Shown here piece after piece: positions 1-8,834 of a DNA stretch of 64,000 bases; position 1 is the stretch's first letter, and every line of letters begins with the position of its first letter. Made by a program: the position numbers and the translations under genes. The DNA is taken from contig JAJFHD010000011.1 of NCBI GenBank assembly GCA_021775805.1, positions 110,887 through 174,886 on the forward strand, written 5' to 3'. This DNA is from Alphaproteobacteria bacterium (GTDB lineage: Bacteria; Pseudomonadota; Alphaproteobacteria; Rhizobiales; JAJFHC01). Below the pieces are notes generated by a model. The model saw nothing but the letters and a program-made list of their open reading frames with translations. It did no database searches and was not told the origin of the DNA.

Positions 1-104
1 CAAGCTGCGTCGAAACTAACAGACCGGGTGAGTGCAGTGGCCGGCTGTGTACTGGTCGCCGACGAAGGCGGCTGATGCCGCCTGGCGAAAACTGGTGTCC
101 GTTG

Positions 105-1202
105 TCAGGTCACAAACGATGCCATGAGATCGGCAACGATGTCGTTTTCTTCGGCGCTGCCGAGAGATACTCTGAGGTAGTCCTCCAGTCCGTAGTCCTC
201 ATTGGTGCGTGTGATGACGCCGTTGCGCGCCAGGTATTTCAACGCATCAAGAGCTGTGCGGCCCGGCTGTGGAGGGAAGTGCAGGAACAGGAAATTGGTG
301 GCGCTGGGCAGAACCTCAATGCCGAGTGCCTTGAGAGCGTTGGACAGGCGGATCCTTTCCGCCGTCGATTTGGCGCAGACGTCTCTAACAAACTCCGGGT
401 TGCGGACGGCGACAATGGCCGCCGCCTGGGCACAGCCGTTGACATTGCCGATGCCGCGCACATTGTTCAGCGCCGCCATGATTTCCGCCGGGCCGTAAGC
501 CCAGCCGGCCCTCAAGGCCGCCATGCCGTAGGCCTTTGAGAACGTCCGGGTCACGACGATGTTGGGATGCCGGTCGACATATTCCAATCCGTCGCAATAG
601 TCCGGCGCGTCGCAATACTCGGCATAGGCCGAATCGAGAACCAGCAGAATGTGCGAGGGCAAGCGTTCGATCAGGTCTTCGATATCGCTGCGGCTGTCAT
701 AGACGCCCGTGGGATTATTCGGATTTGCCACAAAAACCACGCGGGTCCGATCGGTCACCCGGTCCATCAGGGCATCCACATCGATCGTGAAGTCGGGCTT
801 TGTCGGTGCCGTGACGGCGGTCGCGCCGATCCGGTAGGCGACGATCGAGAACTGCAGAAAGGAGTACTCAGGAAACAGGATTTCGTCGCCGGCACGGGCG
901 AATACGCGGCCGACCACGTCGAGCAGTTCTTCCGACCCGTTGCCGCAGACCACGCGCGAGGCATCAAGCCCGAACTGTCCGGCAATGGCTTCACGCATTT
1001 CCCGGTTGCTGGGGTCGGGATAGAGGTGGGCGGTGCGTGCGCGCTCGGCGGCGGCCTCGACGACGCCGGGGGCGGGGCCGTAACAGCTTTCGTTCTGAGC
1101 CAGATTGATGATGCGGTCGACCTCGCCGGTATCGACCGGCTTCACAACTGTCAGGGTTTTCCCCCGGACGTAAGGTTGAGGTGCGGTGCTAACGTGTTTC
1201 AT
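105..1202 (-). CDS. HisC-like (histidinol-phosphate-type) PLP aminotransferase
   Basis: Motifs NES, YPD, GNGSEELL, ANPNNPTG, DSAY and PLP-lysine TRTFSKAYGMAALRAG. It is not in a his operon, so the substrate is uncertain. Confidence 0.88.
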   Translation of the reverse strand: MKHVSTAPQPYVRGKTLTVVKPVDTGEVDRIINLAQNESCYGPAPGVVEAAAERARTAHLYPDPSNREMREAIAGQFGLDASRVVCGNGSEELLDVVGRVFARAGDEILFPEYSFLQFSIVAYRIGATAVTAPTKPDFTIDVDALMDRVTDRTRVVFVANPNNPTGVYDSRSDIEDLIERLPSHILLVLDSAYAEYCDAPDYCDGLEYVDRHPNIVVTRTFSKAYGMAALRAGWAYGPAEIMAALNNVRGIGNVNGCAQAAAIVAVRNPEFVRDVCAKSTAERIRLSNALKALGIEVLPSATNFLFLHFPPQPGRTALDALKYLARNGVITRTNEDYGLEDYLRVSLGSAEENDIVADLMASFVT

Positions 1203-1280
1203 GGGTTCGATCCCTGGATGAGTCTGGTGATTTTTCGGAGTTCTATTCGCGAGCTTTGCGTGTCTTGCCGCTCCCGACGA

Positions 1281-2090
1281 TCAATCAAGGTCCTTGAACG
1301 GGGCCTCTCTGATTTCGAGGAATTCCTTGAGCGAGTGTTCCTTGAGCATGCGCATCCAATGGCGCCCGGACTCGCCGGCATGCAGGCTTGCTGTCGTCTC
1401 CACATTGTAGGCCCAGGAACTGGTCATGCCCGATGTTTCCTGATGATGGTTGAGGGCCGCCTTGGCGAACTTGATGGCGGGTTGCGGCATGCGGGCAAGC
1501 TTGCGGGCCAAACGGCGGCACTCTTCCATGAGCCGGTCCCCGGGGACTGCCTTGTTCACAAGGTGAATCCTTTCGGCTTCCCGGCCGTCGATCATGTCGC
1601 CGGTGTACATCAGCCAGCGGGCGTGGCGCATCGGAACCGTCCAGGGCAGCATCAGGGTGGGAGGTGCGGAAACGTGGCGGACCTCCGGTTCGCCCAATTG
1701 TGCGTCCTCTGCCGCGATCGCCAGGTCGCAGCACATCATCAGCTCCAGACCGCCTGCCAATGCGTAGCCGTTGACCGCGGCAATGACCGGAATGGGTGCG
1801 TTCCAGAGCGTGCGAAGCCTGGTCGCGTTGGCGGAAATGTCGTCGCGCCAGCCTTCCACATCGAGTTCAAAATCCTCGCCTTCAAGGTCATAGCCCGCTG
1901 AAAACGCTCGACCGGCGCCGGTCAGAATGACAGCCCGAATATCCGGGTCCGCGCTTGCTGATCTGATGGCGTCATCGAGCGCATCCGACAGCGCATTGTT
2001 CATGGCGTTCATCTTGTCGGGACGGTTCAAAGTGAAGGTTGCAAAGGCGTCTTTTTCGTCTTTTTCAACCAATACGAGGTCTTGTTTCAT
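1281..2090 (-). CDS. Enoyl-CoA hydratase/isomerase (crotonase) family protein
   Basis: TLNRPDKMNA, AFSAGYDL, AAVNGYALAGGLEL, GEPEV. Start moved to the ATG at 2090, which has GGAG upstream. Confidence 0.9.
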   Translation of the reverse strand: MKQDLVLVEKDEKDAFATFTLNRPDKMNAMNNALSDALDDAIRSASADPDIRAVILTGAGRAFSAGYDLEGEDFELDVEGWRDDISANATRLRTLWNAPIPVIAAVNGYALAGGLELMMCCDLAIAAEDAQLGEPEVRHVSAPPTLMLPWTVPMRHARWLMYTGDMIDGREAERIHLVNKAVPGDRLMEECRRLARKLARMPQPAIKFAKAALNHHQETSGMTSSWAYNVETTASLHAGESGRHWMRMLKEHSLKEFLEIREAPFKDLD

Positions 2091-2615
2091 TGGCAACGGT
2101 CTCCGGGTTTTCCGCAAAACAGGCGGCATTCATATTGGAAGGATCGGATCACTAAGGGGATCTCATCCGTCAAACAACCGCTGGTTATGCAACTCAGGCG
2201 GGGATCGGCGGATTCTGCCGGGTCGGCGCACTCGGTGCGGACAGTTGTCTTTGCTCTGTTATCCGAAAAACTGTTTGCGCCGGTGATAGGCATGGCGGGG
2301 AATGACCGGGGATGTCGGGCAGGCATACCAGTCCGGCGAGTCCGCGCCGGCTTCGACCCGAACACTCCGCAACCTACCGGCCTGACATGAATTCGACATA
2401 TGGATTTTCCGGCAAGCGCCTTTTGCTTTCTGCCACTGTGTCACAGATGTACGGCCGGTTCAACGGCGTATGGAACTGCCATAGCCGATTCACATGATTG
2501 GGGTTGACCGCGGCGGCGAACCGATATTGAAGGGGTGCGCAGCAGGGCCGTCAACATCGTGCCGTTGTGTTTCTGGCAACGGAATGATCTTGAAACCGTG
2601 GCCAAGGAGAAACCC

Positions 2616-3827
2616 GTGACTGTTCAACAAGAGAAAGCCGAACTGGGGATTGGCGAATTTGTCGTGCTCATGGCTCTCATGAGCTCGCTGGTGGCCTTGT
2701 CGATCGATGCCATGCTGCCGGCTTTGCCGGACATCGGTGCGGAACTGGGTGTCGCCGAGGCCAACGACAATCAGCTTGTCCTGTCGGTCCTGTTTCTGGG
2801 GCTTGCGGTTGGCCAGATGATTTACGGACCGGTGTCGGACGCTGTCGGGCGCAAGCCGGCGATCTATGCCGGTCTCGCCCTCTTTGTCGTTGGGTGTCTC
2901 CTGTCGATATTCGCCACCGACTTCAACACGATGCTGGCCGGGCGCTTTCTTCAGGGCATCGGTGCGGCGGGACCGAGGATCGTGACGATTGCTCTGATCC
3001 GCGATGGCTACGAAGGCCGGGCCATGGCCCGGATCATGTCGTTTGTCATGGCGGTGTTCATTCTCGTGCCGACACTGGCGCCGGCGCTGGGACAGCTTGT
3101 GCTTCTGGTGGCGCACTGGCGGGGTATCTTTGTCTGCTTTCTGCTGCTCGCTTTGCTGGCATTTGCGTGGTTTGCCGTTCGCCAGCCCGAAACCCTGCCG
3201 CCGGCCAAACGCATACCGTTCTCGGTCGGGGGCCTGTTCGCAAGCATCGCGGAGACCTGCGGCAATCGCAAGGCGCTGGGCTACACGATCGCTGGCGGTC
3301 TGATTTTCGGTGCCTTTGTCGGCTACCTCAACACGAGCCAGCAGATGCTGCAACAGCAGTATGGTCTTGGAACCCAGTTCGCCCTCTATTTTGCCGTCCT
3401 TGCCCTGGCGATCGGGGGGGCGAGCTTCATCAATGCCAAACTGGTTATGAAGTATGGCATGCGGCTTCTGTCGCGCTGGGCCCTGCAAGTGTCGTGTGTG
3501 CTGTCGATCGGGTTCCTGGTCGTGGCGGTAGTGACGTCCGGTCACCCGCCGTTGTGGGCACTGATGACCTATTTCATGGCGGCGTTCTTCTGCATGGGGC
3601 TGTTGTTCGGCAACTTCAACGCCCTGGCGATGGAACCGATGGGCCACATCGCCGGCGTCGCGGCGGCAGTGATCGGATCGCTGACAACGTTCATCTCGCT
3701 CTTTCTGGGAACCGTTATCGGCAGGTTCTACGACGGCACAGTGGTTCCCCTGGTTGCCGGATTTGCTGTGCTGGGGATTGCCTCCTACGTTGTGATGCAC
3801 ATTATCGAGCGCGGCGACTCTGACTGA
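2616..3827 (+). CDS. Bcr/CflA-family MFS efflux transporter
   Basis: ALSIDAMLPALP, GQMIYGPVSDAVGRKP, GRFLQGIG and many hydrophobic segments. GTG start at 2616 follows AAGGAG. Confidence 0.92.
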   Translation: MTVQQEKAELGIGEFVVLMALMSSLVALSIDAMLPALPDIGAELGVAEANDNQLVLSVLFLGLAVGQMIYGPVSDAVGRKPAIYAGLALFVVGCLLSIFATDFNTMLAGRFLQGIGAAGPRIVTIALIRDGYEGRAMARIMSFVMAVFILVPTLAPALGQLVLLVAHWRGIFVCFLLLALLAFAWFAVRQPETLPPAKRIPFSVGGLFASIAETCGNRKALGYTIAGGLIFGAFVGYLNTSQQMLQQQYGLGTQFALYFAVLALAIGGASFINAKLVMKYGMRLLSRWALQVSCVLSIGFLVVAVVTSGHPPLWALMTYFMAAFFCMGLLFGNFNALAMEPMGHIAGVAAAVIGSLTTFISLFLGTVIGRFYDGTVVPLVAGFAVLGIASYVVMHIIERGDSD

Positions 3828-3870
3828 GGCAGGTATTCGGTTGCGTTAACGTCTTTTTGATCAAGGCTTG

Positions 3871-4401
3871 TCAGAGCAGTTTGTACATTATGGTCGTCGG
3901 ATCGTAGCGGTTCTCAATCGGATCTCTGGCAAATGAGGGGATGGCTCCGACGCGCTGATAGCCCAGGGACAGATAAAGCCGTTCCGCCTTGCCGCTGGCA
4001 GTGTCGAGCGTGATCAGGCTTCGGCCCCGTCGCCTGGCGTGCTCTTCAAGCTCGATCATCAACGCCCGAGCGATACCGTGCTTACGAAAATCCGGATGTA
4101 CCAGAAGTTTTGACACTTCCGCCCGATGGGGCTGGTTGGGCGGTGTATCGCAGTCCAGCTGCACCGAACCGGCCACGCGTTCTCCCACCCTTGCTGCCAG
4201 GACGACCCGGTCGCCGGACATCACGCCGGGGCGTACCTTGTCGGTCCAGAACGCCATGCTGTCGTCCAGTGTGTGGGGCAGGACAAAACTGACACTGGCG
4301 CCGTCGGCGACACAGACATTCAGTATTTCTGCAAGCGCTCCGATATGGCCGTCGATGGTGTCGGGAGAAACTACTTCGATCTGAAAATCCTGGCTGTGCA
4401 T
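3871..4401 (-). CDS. GNAT-family N-acetyltransferase
   Basis: PNQPHRAEVSKLLVHPDFRKHGIARALM acetyl-CoA-binding motif, plus LYLSLGY. Confidence 0.9.
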   Translation of the reverse strand: MHSQDFQIEVVSPDTIDGHIGALAEILNVCVADGASVSFVLPHTLDDSMAFWTDKVRPGVMSGDRVVLAARVGERVAGSVQLDCDTPPNQPHRAEVSKLLVHPDFRKHGIARALMIELEEHARRRGRSLITLDTASGKAERLYLSLGYQRVGAIPSFARDPIENRYDPTTIMYKLL

Positions 4402-4407
4402 TGGCTG

Positions 4408-4980
4408 TCACACGATCACGAGAATGTATTTTGCCGGTTGGTCCTGAGGCGTTTCGAAGACGCTTCCGCCATGGAGCTGATAGCGCAGGCAGTCGCCCTT
4501 GCTTAACGTGTAAACATGATCGTCGACAGTTATCCGAAGGGCTCCGTCGAGGAGATAGAGATGATGTTCGAGGCCGGGCAGGGGCGGCTCCAGATACTCG
4601 ATACGGTTGCCGGCCGGCAATACGCACTCCAGGACTTCGGCGCCGAGCGTGTCTGACGGAGGCGAAATGGTTTTGCGCAGGAATCCGGTTTCCGGATCCT
4701 GCCAGCTTGCCTGCTCCTTCGCTGCGACCAATGGCGCGAAGCCGGTTTCGACCATGGCCATCAGGCGTGACATGGTGAGACCGTAGATTGCGCACAGCTT
4801 GCCAAGTACAGATGTTGTGGGGCTTACCTGTCCCACTTCCAGCCGTGACAGGGTAGCGCGGCTGATGCCGGATTTTCGCGCAAGCGTATCGAGCGACCAT
4901 TTGCGTTTGCCGCGCAGTACCTTCAGGCGTTCGGCGATTCGGCCGTCAAGGGATTGGTCTAGGGTTTGCGAATTTTCCAT
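4408..4980 (-). CDS. XRE-family HTH + cupin transcriptional regulator
   Basis: RLKVLR..WSLDTLA..SGISRATLSRLE.G.VSPT HTH, followed by a C-terminal cupin-like domain. Confidence 0.9.
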   Translation of the reverse strand: MENSQTLDQSLDGRIAERLKVLRGKRKWSLDTLARKSGISRATLSRLEVGQVSPTTSVLGKLCAIYGLTMSRLMAMVETGFAPLVAAKEQASWQDPETGFLRKTISPPSDTLGAEVLECVLPAGNRIEYLEPPLPGLEHHLYLLDGALRITVDDHVYTLSKGDCLRYQLHGGSVFETPQDQPAKYILVIV

Positions 4981-5007
4981 ATATGGAAATTTATCTCATA
5001 TATGGAA
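4974..5007. promoter_or_regulatory. Putative autoregulatory operator of the XRE regulator
   Basis: Perfect 16-bp palindrome TTTCCATATATGGAAA (4974-4989) spanning the start codon. CATATATGGAA recurs at 4997-5007. Confidence 0.6.
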
Positions 5008-5067
5008 CAATTGTCAAGAGTACCAATCCCACACTCCTGGCATTTTGAGTATCAGAAGCACGAACAT

Positions 5068-6600
5068 CTACTTCGTTACATTGAACTGCCGCACCGGCGA
5101 TTGCGAGCCGTCCCGATAGGTCAACTGGACCTGCAGGGCAGCGGCCTTGTTCGGCGTCTTCATATGGATCTTGGTGTTCTGCGGCACGCCATAGGGTTTG
5201 GCAGGATCGCAGGGCGGCAGAGGCCAGACTTTGTCCAGGGGACCGCCGTTCAATCCGTAGCGAATTTCCTTGATACCGCAGCGATAGCTAATCAGGTGGG
5301 AGAAATAGGTCCGCCCTCCACCAAACGCGATCCAGGCCGTCCAGACCTGATCAAGGATTTTCTTTTGATGATCGGCAAGATCCCCGATTGGATTGAAACT
5401 TACGGGGAAAATATCTGCTTGCTCACCGCGCTTGTCGCGCCATGTAACGTAGAGCGTCACCGGTCCCTGGTCGCCCGGCAACATAAAATTCGTCTTCGGC
5501 TGGCGCTGACCCGTGCGCTGGTCGAGATGGTCGTGGAGACCGGGGTCCTGGAATTCTCCGTCTTCGCCGATCCGGTAGCCGAACTGGGTCGCGGGTTCGG
5601 GCAGGGAAACATTCACCAGCCAGTCGGTGTTGGTACGGTTGAAACTGACCAGCGGCTTGGCCGAACCGAGTGGCAGGGCGGCCAGTTTCTGAGCCGGTTT
5701 CGGCAGAACACTGGCGCCGCCGCCTTCCTCCAGCGAGGTGACCGTGCCCTTGGCTCTTTTGTCCTCCGGTGTCAGATAAAGGTCGCCGATGATCTGGTCG
5801 TAGTAGGCGGGTGTCTGTTCATGCCCGACCTTGCCGGCGAGCTTTCTCACCTGCACTTGGGTCCGCTTGGCAATCTGCACCATGGAAAGCTCCGGCTTGG
5901 CCAGTTCGACCAGCAGGGTCCGGGTAAAGACGGAATTTTCATTGGCGTCGTTGTCGCCCAGCCGATCGAGTGCTGCCTGTCCGGATCCTGCCGAGTAAAG
6001 CACGAACATGCCTTCGGCCGGCGACATGCGGGCCAGTCCACGGGTGCCCGAAAGGCTGCGCTTGCCCTTTGCGGCAAACGGGTTGTCCCGGCAGGCGTCA
6101 AGGATCATGACGGCTGTGGCAGCACCCTTGTCACGCATCCGGTCGGCAAGACCGTTGGCGGCAAACGAGGCGTCGCGCACGAGCCCTTCTTCTCCGGGAC
6201 CCGCTTCAGGCACGTCGACCGGCAGCAGGTAGTTGGTGCCTTCTATGGCAAATCCATGGCCGGCAAAAAACAGCAGGGCCGTGTCGCCGGGGCCAATCTT
6301 GCGTTCGAACTCGACCAGCGCCCGGCTCATGGCCCGGCGGCCGACATCGCTGGCGGAAATAACATCGAAGCCCAGCGATGTCAGGGCATTTGCCATCGCC
6401 CGGGCATCGTTACGTGCCTTCTGCAGTTCCGGCACGCTCTCGTAGGTATCGTTGCCGATGACCAACGCCACGCGCTTGGCAGCATCGGCGGGCAAAGGCA
6501 AAGTGAGCAGGAGTACGGCAACAGCAAACGCGAAGAACGAAAGCCGTAAGGGTCCCGCGGGGTCGTTGTTCCGATTTGGGGCTGGGCTGACAAAATTCAT
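5068..6600 (-). CDS. Secreted caspase-like (peptidase C14) protein with an uncharacterised C-terminal domain
   Basis: Signal-like N-terminus, then KRVALVIGN, FFAGHG (His), ILDACRDNP (Cys), NSVFT and QTP. Confidence 0.88.
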   Translation of the reverse strand: MNFVSPAPNRNNDPAGPLRLSFFAFAVAVLLLTLPLPADAAKRVALVIGNDTYESVPELQKARNDARAMANALTSLGFDVISASDVGRRAMSRALVEFERKIGPGDTALLFFAGHGFAIEGTNYLLPVDVPEAGPGEEGLVRDASFAANGLADRMRDKGAATAVMILDACRDNPFAAKGKRSLSGTRGLARMSPAEGMFVLYSAGSGQAALDRLGDNDANENSVFTRTLLVELAKPELSMVQIAKRTQVQVRKLAGKVGHEQTPAYYDQIIGDLYLTPEDKRAKGTVTSLEEGGGASVLPKPAQKLAALPLGSAKPLVSFNRTNTDWLVNVSLPEPATQFGYRIGEDGEFQDPGLHDHLDQRTGQRQPKTNFMLPGDQGPVTLYVTWRDKRGEQADIFPVSFNPIGDLADHQKKILDQVWTAWIAFGGGRTYFSHLISYRCGIKEIRYGLNGGPLDKVWPLPPCDPAKPYGVPQNTKIHMKTPNKAAALQVQLTYRDGSQSPVRQFNVTK

Positions 6601-6917
6601 TGCGATTCCTCATCTACCGGTTCAGCCCAGAGGTAAGTATAGCGGTAAACATATGGCAGTTCATCCAGGAACGGCTGCCCATCTTTCGGAAAGACTCGGG
6701 GTTGACCGGGTCTTCCCTTGATTCCGTCAGCGACCCATTCGGACAGGAGTTTCGAGTCGTCGCACGCCACCGAACCATGGTCGAGGCGGATGGTGGCGAC
6801 TGTCTCAATCGACGTGTCACCGCACAACTTGCATATGCGAACCTGGTCTCCGACCCACCCTGCCGTGCCTTTGATCACCTGTTCGCCTTTCTGTTGGTAT
6901 GGCCGGGAATTTTTCAC
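6597..6917 (-). CDS. Hypothetical protein coupled to the caspase-like gene
   Basis: 106-aa ORF whose stop overlaps the caspase start (ATGA). Contains CxxC (CKLC). No family recognised. Confidence 0.5.
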   Translation of the reverse strand: MKNSRPYQQKGEQVIKGTAGWVGDQVRICKLCGDTSIETVATIRLDHGSVACDDSKLLSEWVADGIKGRPGQPRVFPKDGQPFLDELPYVYRYTYLWAEPVDEESQ

Positions 6918-7049
6918 CGGATCTCCTCAAACGAACCATCAACATAATGCAGGTTTTGCCATGCAGAAAGCGACTGAGGTTTGAGCGAGACATTGAACGG
7001 TAGTCCGTCGGGGCTATAGTATCGCAGCAATCATTGCAGGATCGGTTTC

Positions 7050-7838
7050 ATGCTCCTTTCTCAACAGCAGCTTGCGAAATTCAGGGAAAACGGATTTCTC
7101 GTTCTACCTGACCTGTTCTCACGGGACGAAGTTGCGATTCTCAACCGGGCGCGGGAAGCTGTCTTTAGTCAGTCGACCGAGGCCGATATCATTGAGAAAA
7201 AGAGCGGTGAGGTGCGCACGGCCATGGGACTTCATCTGAGGCACGAGGTGTTCGACGCCCTGACACGTCACCCCCGGCTGGTTGAACCGGCGTGCCAACT
7301 CCGTGGTGACGATCTCTACATCCAGCAGGTCAAGATCAACGTCAAGGCGGCCTTCGACGGCGAGGCCTGGCAGTGGCACTACGATTTTGCCACCCATCAT
7401 GCCGATGACGGCGTGCCGGAACCGCTGGCGCTCAACCTGCATGTGTTCCTTGAAGACATCAGCGAGTTCAACGGCCCGCTCTACTTCATTCGCGGCTCCC
7501 ATAATCACGGCGCTGCACGTGCCCACCACGATACCACGACCACGAGCTATCCCTTGTGGTGTGTCGATCAGGACGTGGTGGCGGGGCTTGTGGAGAAGGG
7601 AGGGCTTGTTTCAGCCCAGGGGCAGGCCGGGACCGGGCTGATCTTCGGCGACATCATGGTCCACGGCTCGCCGCCGAACATGTCGCCCTGGGACCGTCCG
7701 ATCTTTTCGCTTATCCTGAATCCGGTGGCCAACAGACAGACGACGTTTGCCCGGCCGGAATTCAAGCACCACACCGACTTCACGCCGGTGGCGCCGCTCG
7801 ACGATGACTGCCTCACGCGTCTGCACGAGGCGGAGTAG
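7050..7838 (+). CDS. Phytanoyl-CoA dioxygenase (PhyH)/EctD-like Fe(II)-2OG dioxygenase
   Basis: FRENGFLVLPDLF, KINVK, WHYD (HxD), NGPLYFIRGSH, distal HGS..N.SPWDR. Confidence 0.88.
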   Translation: MLLSQQQLAKFRENGFLVLPDLFSRDEVAILNRAREAVFSQSTEADIIEKKSGEVRTAMGLHLRHEVFDALTRHPRLVEPACQLRGDDLYIQQVKINVKAAFDGEAWQWHYDFATHHADDGVPEPLALNLHVFLEDISEFNGPLYFIRGSHNHGAARAHHDTTTTSYPLWCVDQDVVAGLVEKGGLVSAQGQAGTGLIFGDIMVHGSPPNMSPWDRPIFSLILNPVANRQTTFARPEFKHHTDFTPVAPLDDDCLTRLHEAE

Positions 7839-7853
7839 CGGAGTCCGCAGTTT

Positions 7854-8834
7854 CTACAGAACCGGCGGGCGGGCGAGGTCCATGTGCTTCAGAAGGTCGA
7901 CAAACCGGCCCAGGGTTTCGCGGCGGTAGGCCGGTATGTCCCGGTCCTTGAAGTTGTAAAAGCCCTCGCCGGATTTCATGCCGATCCGGCCGGCTTCCAT
8001 ATTCTCTGCAACGATTGCCGGTGACTCAAAACGCGACGAACCCGTGGCTTCGGTCATGTAGCGGCTGGCATAATAGAGAATGTCACCGCCACCCCAGTCG
8101 ATGAATTCCACCAGGCCGAGGATGGCGAACCGGAATCCGAAGCCATACTTCACCGCCTTGTCGATGTCTTCCGGTGTGGCAATGCCTTCCTCGACGATCC
8201 GGGCGGCCTCGTTCATGGCCAGGGCCTGGATCCGCGGCACGATGTAACCCGGTCCAGGCGCACAGACCACCGGTACCTTGCCGACGTCTTCGAGGATTGT
8301 CTTGAGCTGCTCGACGCATGCCGGATCGGTAACATCCGACGGGCTGAGTTCGACCAGAGGAACGATGTAGGCCGGGTTCAGCCAGTGGGCATTGAGAAAC
8401 CGTTCCGGTCTGGTGACCATGTTGCTCAAGGTGGTGGCAAGGATTGTCGAGGTGGTCGAGGTCACGATGGCCTTGTCGGAAACGTGCGAACTCACGAAGT
8501 CGAAGGCTTCGTGCTTGAGTTCAAGAACTTCCGGTACTCCTTCGAAGACGATGTCCGTATTCGCCAGAGCCAGGGGTGCATCCTCCCGGGAAACAAATGT
8601 GATACGGCTCAGGATTGTTGCTATGGCCGCACCGTCGAACAATCCCAGACCGCTCAGCATCTCGAGCGACTCGCGGATTTCACCAAGGGCCTCTTGTTCG
8701 AGAGCGTCCCGCGCTGCCTGGTCGCGGTGTTTCAGGTCGATGAGTTGCACCGGATACCCGGCATAGGCAAAAACATGGGCAATGCCGCGGCCCATACGAC
8801 CGGCGCCGACGGCGCTGATGACCGGCTTCTTCAT
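7854..8834 (-). CDS. 3-hydroxyacyl-CoA (3-hydroxybutyryl-CoA-type) dehydrogenase
   Basis: GAGRMGRGIA, EGVPE.LELK, HWLNP..VPLVE, PGYIVPRIQ, EDIDKAV, G.KSGEGFY. The ATG at 8834 overlaps the upstream stop. Confidence 0.9.
   Translation of the reverse strand: MKKPVISAVGAGRMGRGIAHVFAYAGYPVQLIDLKHRDQAARDALEQEALGEIRESLEMLSGLGLFDGAAIATILSRITFVSREDAPLALANTDIVFEGVPEVLELKHEAFDFVSSHVSDKAIVTSTTSTILATTLSNMVTRPERFLNAHWLNPAYIVPLVELSPSDVTDPACVEQLKTILEDVGKVPVVCAPGPGYIVPRIQALAMNEAARIVEEGIATPEDIDKAVKYGFGFRFAILGLVEFIDWGGGDILYYASRYMTEATGSSRFESPAIVAENMEAGRIGMKSGEGFYNFKDRDIPAYRRETLGRFVDLLKHMDLARPPVL

Noticed and set aside
1-75. Open frame ending at TGA 73-75, possibly the 3' end of a gene entering from the left
   Set aside because: Only 24 codons are visible with no motif, so it cannot be supported.
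2091-2615. Riboswitch or sigma-54 promoter in the long spacer
   Set aside because: No recognisable aptamer consensus on either strand, and the GG/GC candidates have the wrong spacing.
4966-6549. 527-aa + strand ORF, and similar long antisense ORFs (567-1901, 2490-3800, 15893-17278, 19723-21312, 47099-48307, 61213-62289)
   Set aside because: Each lies opposite a motif-supported gene and shows no family motif. Such shadow ORFs are expected from high-GC codon bias.
7050-7838. Calling this ectD
   Set aside because: The EctD signature is altered at several positions and there is no ectABC nearby.
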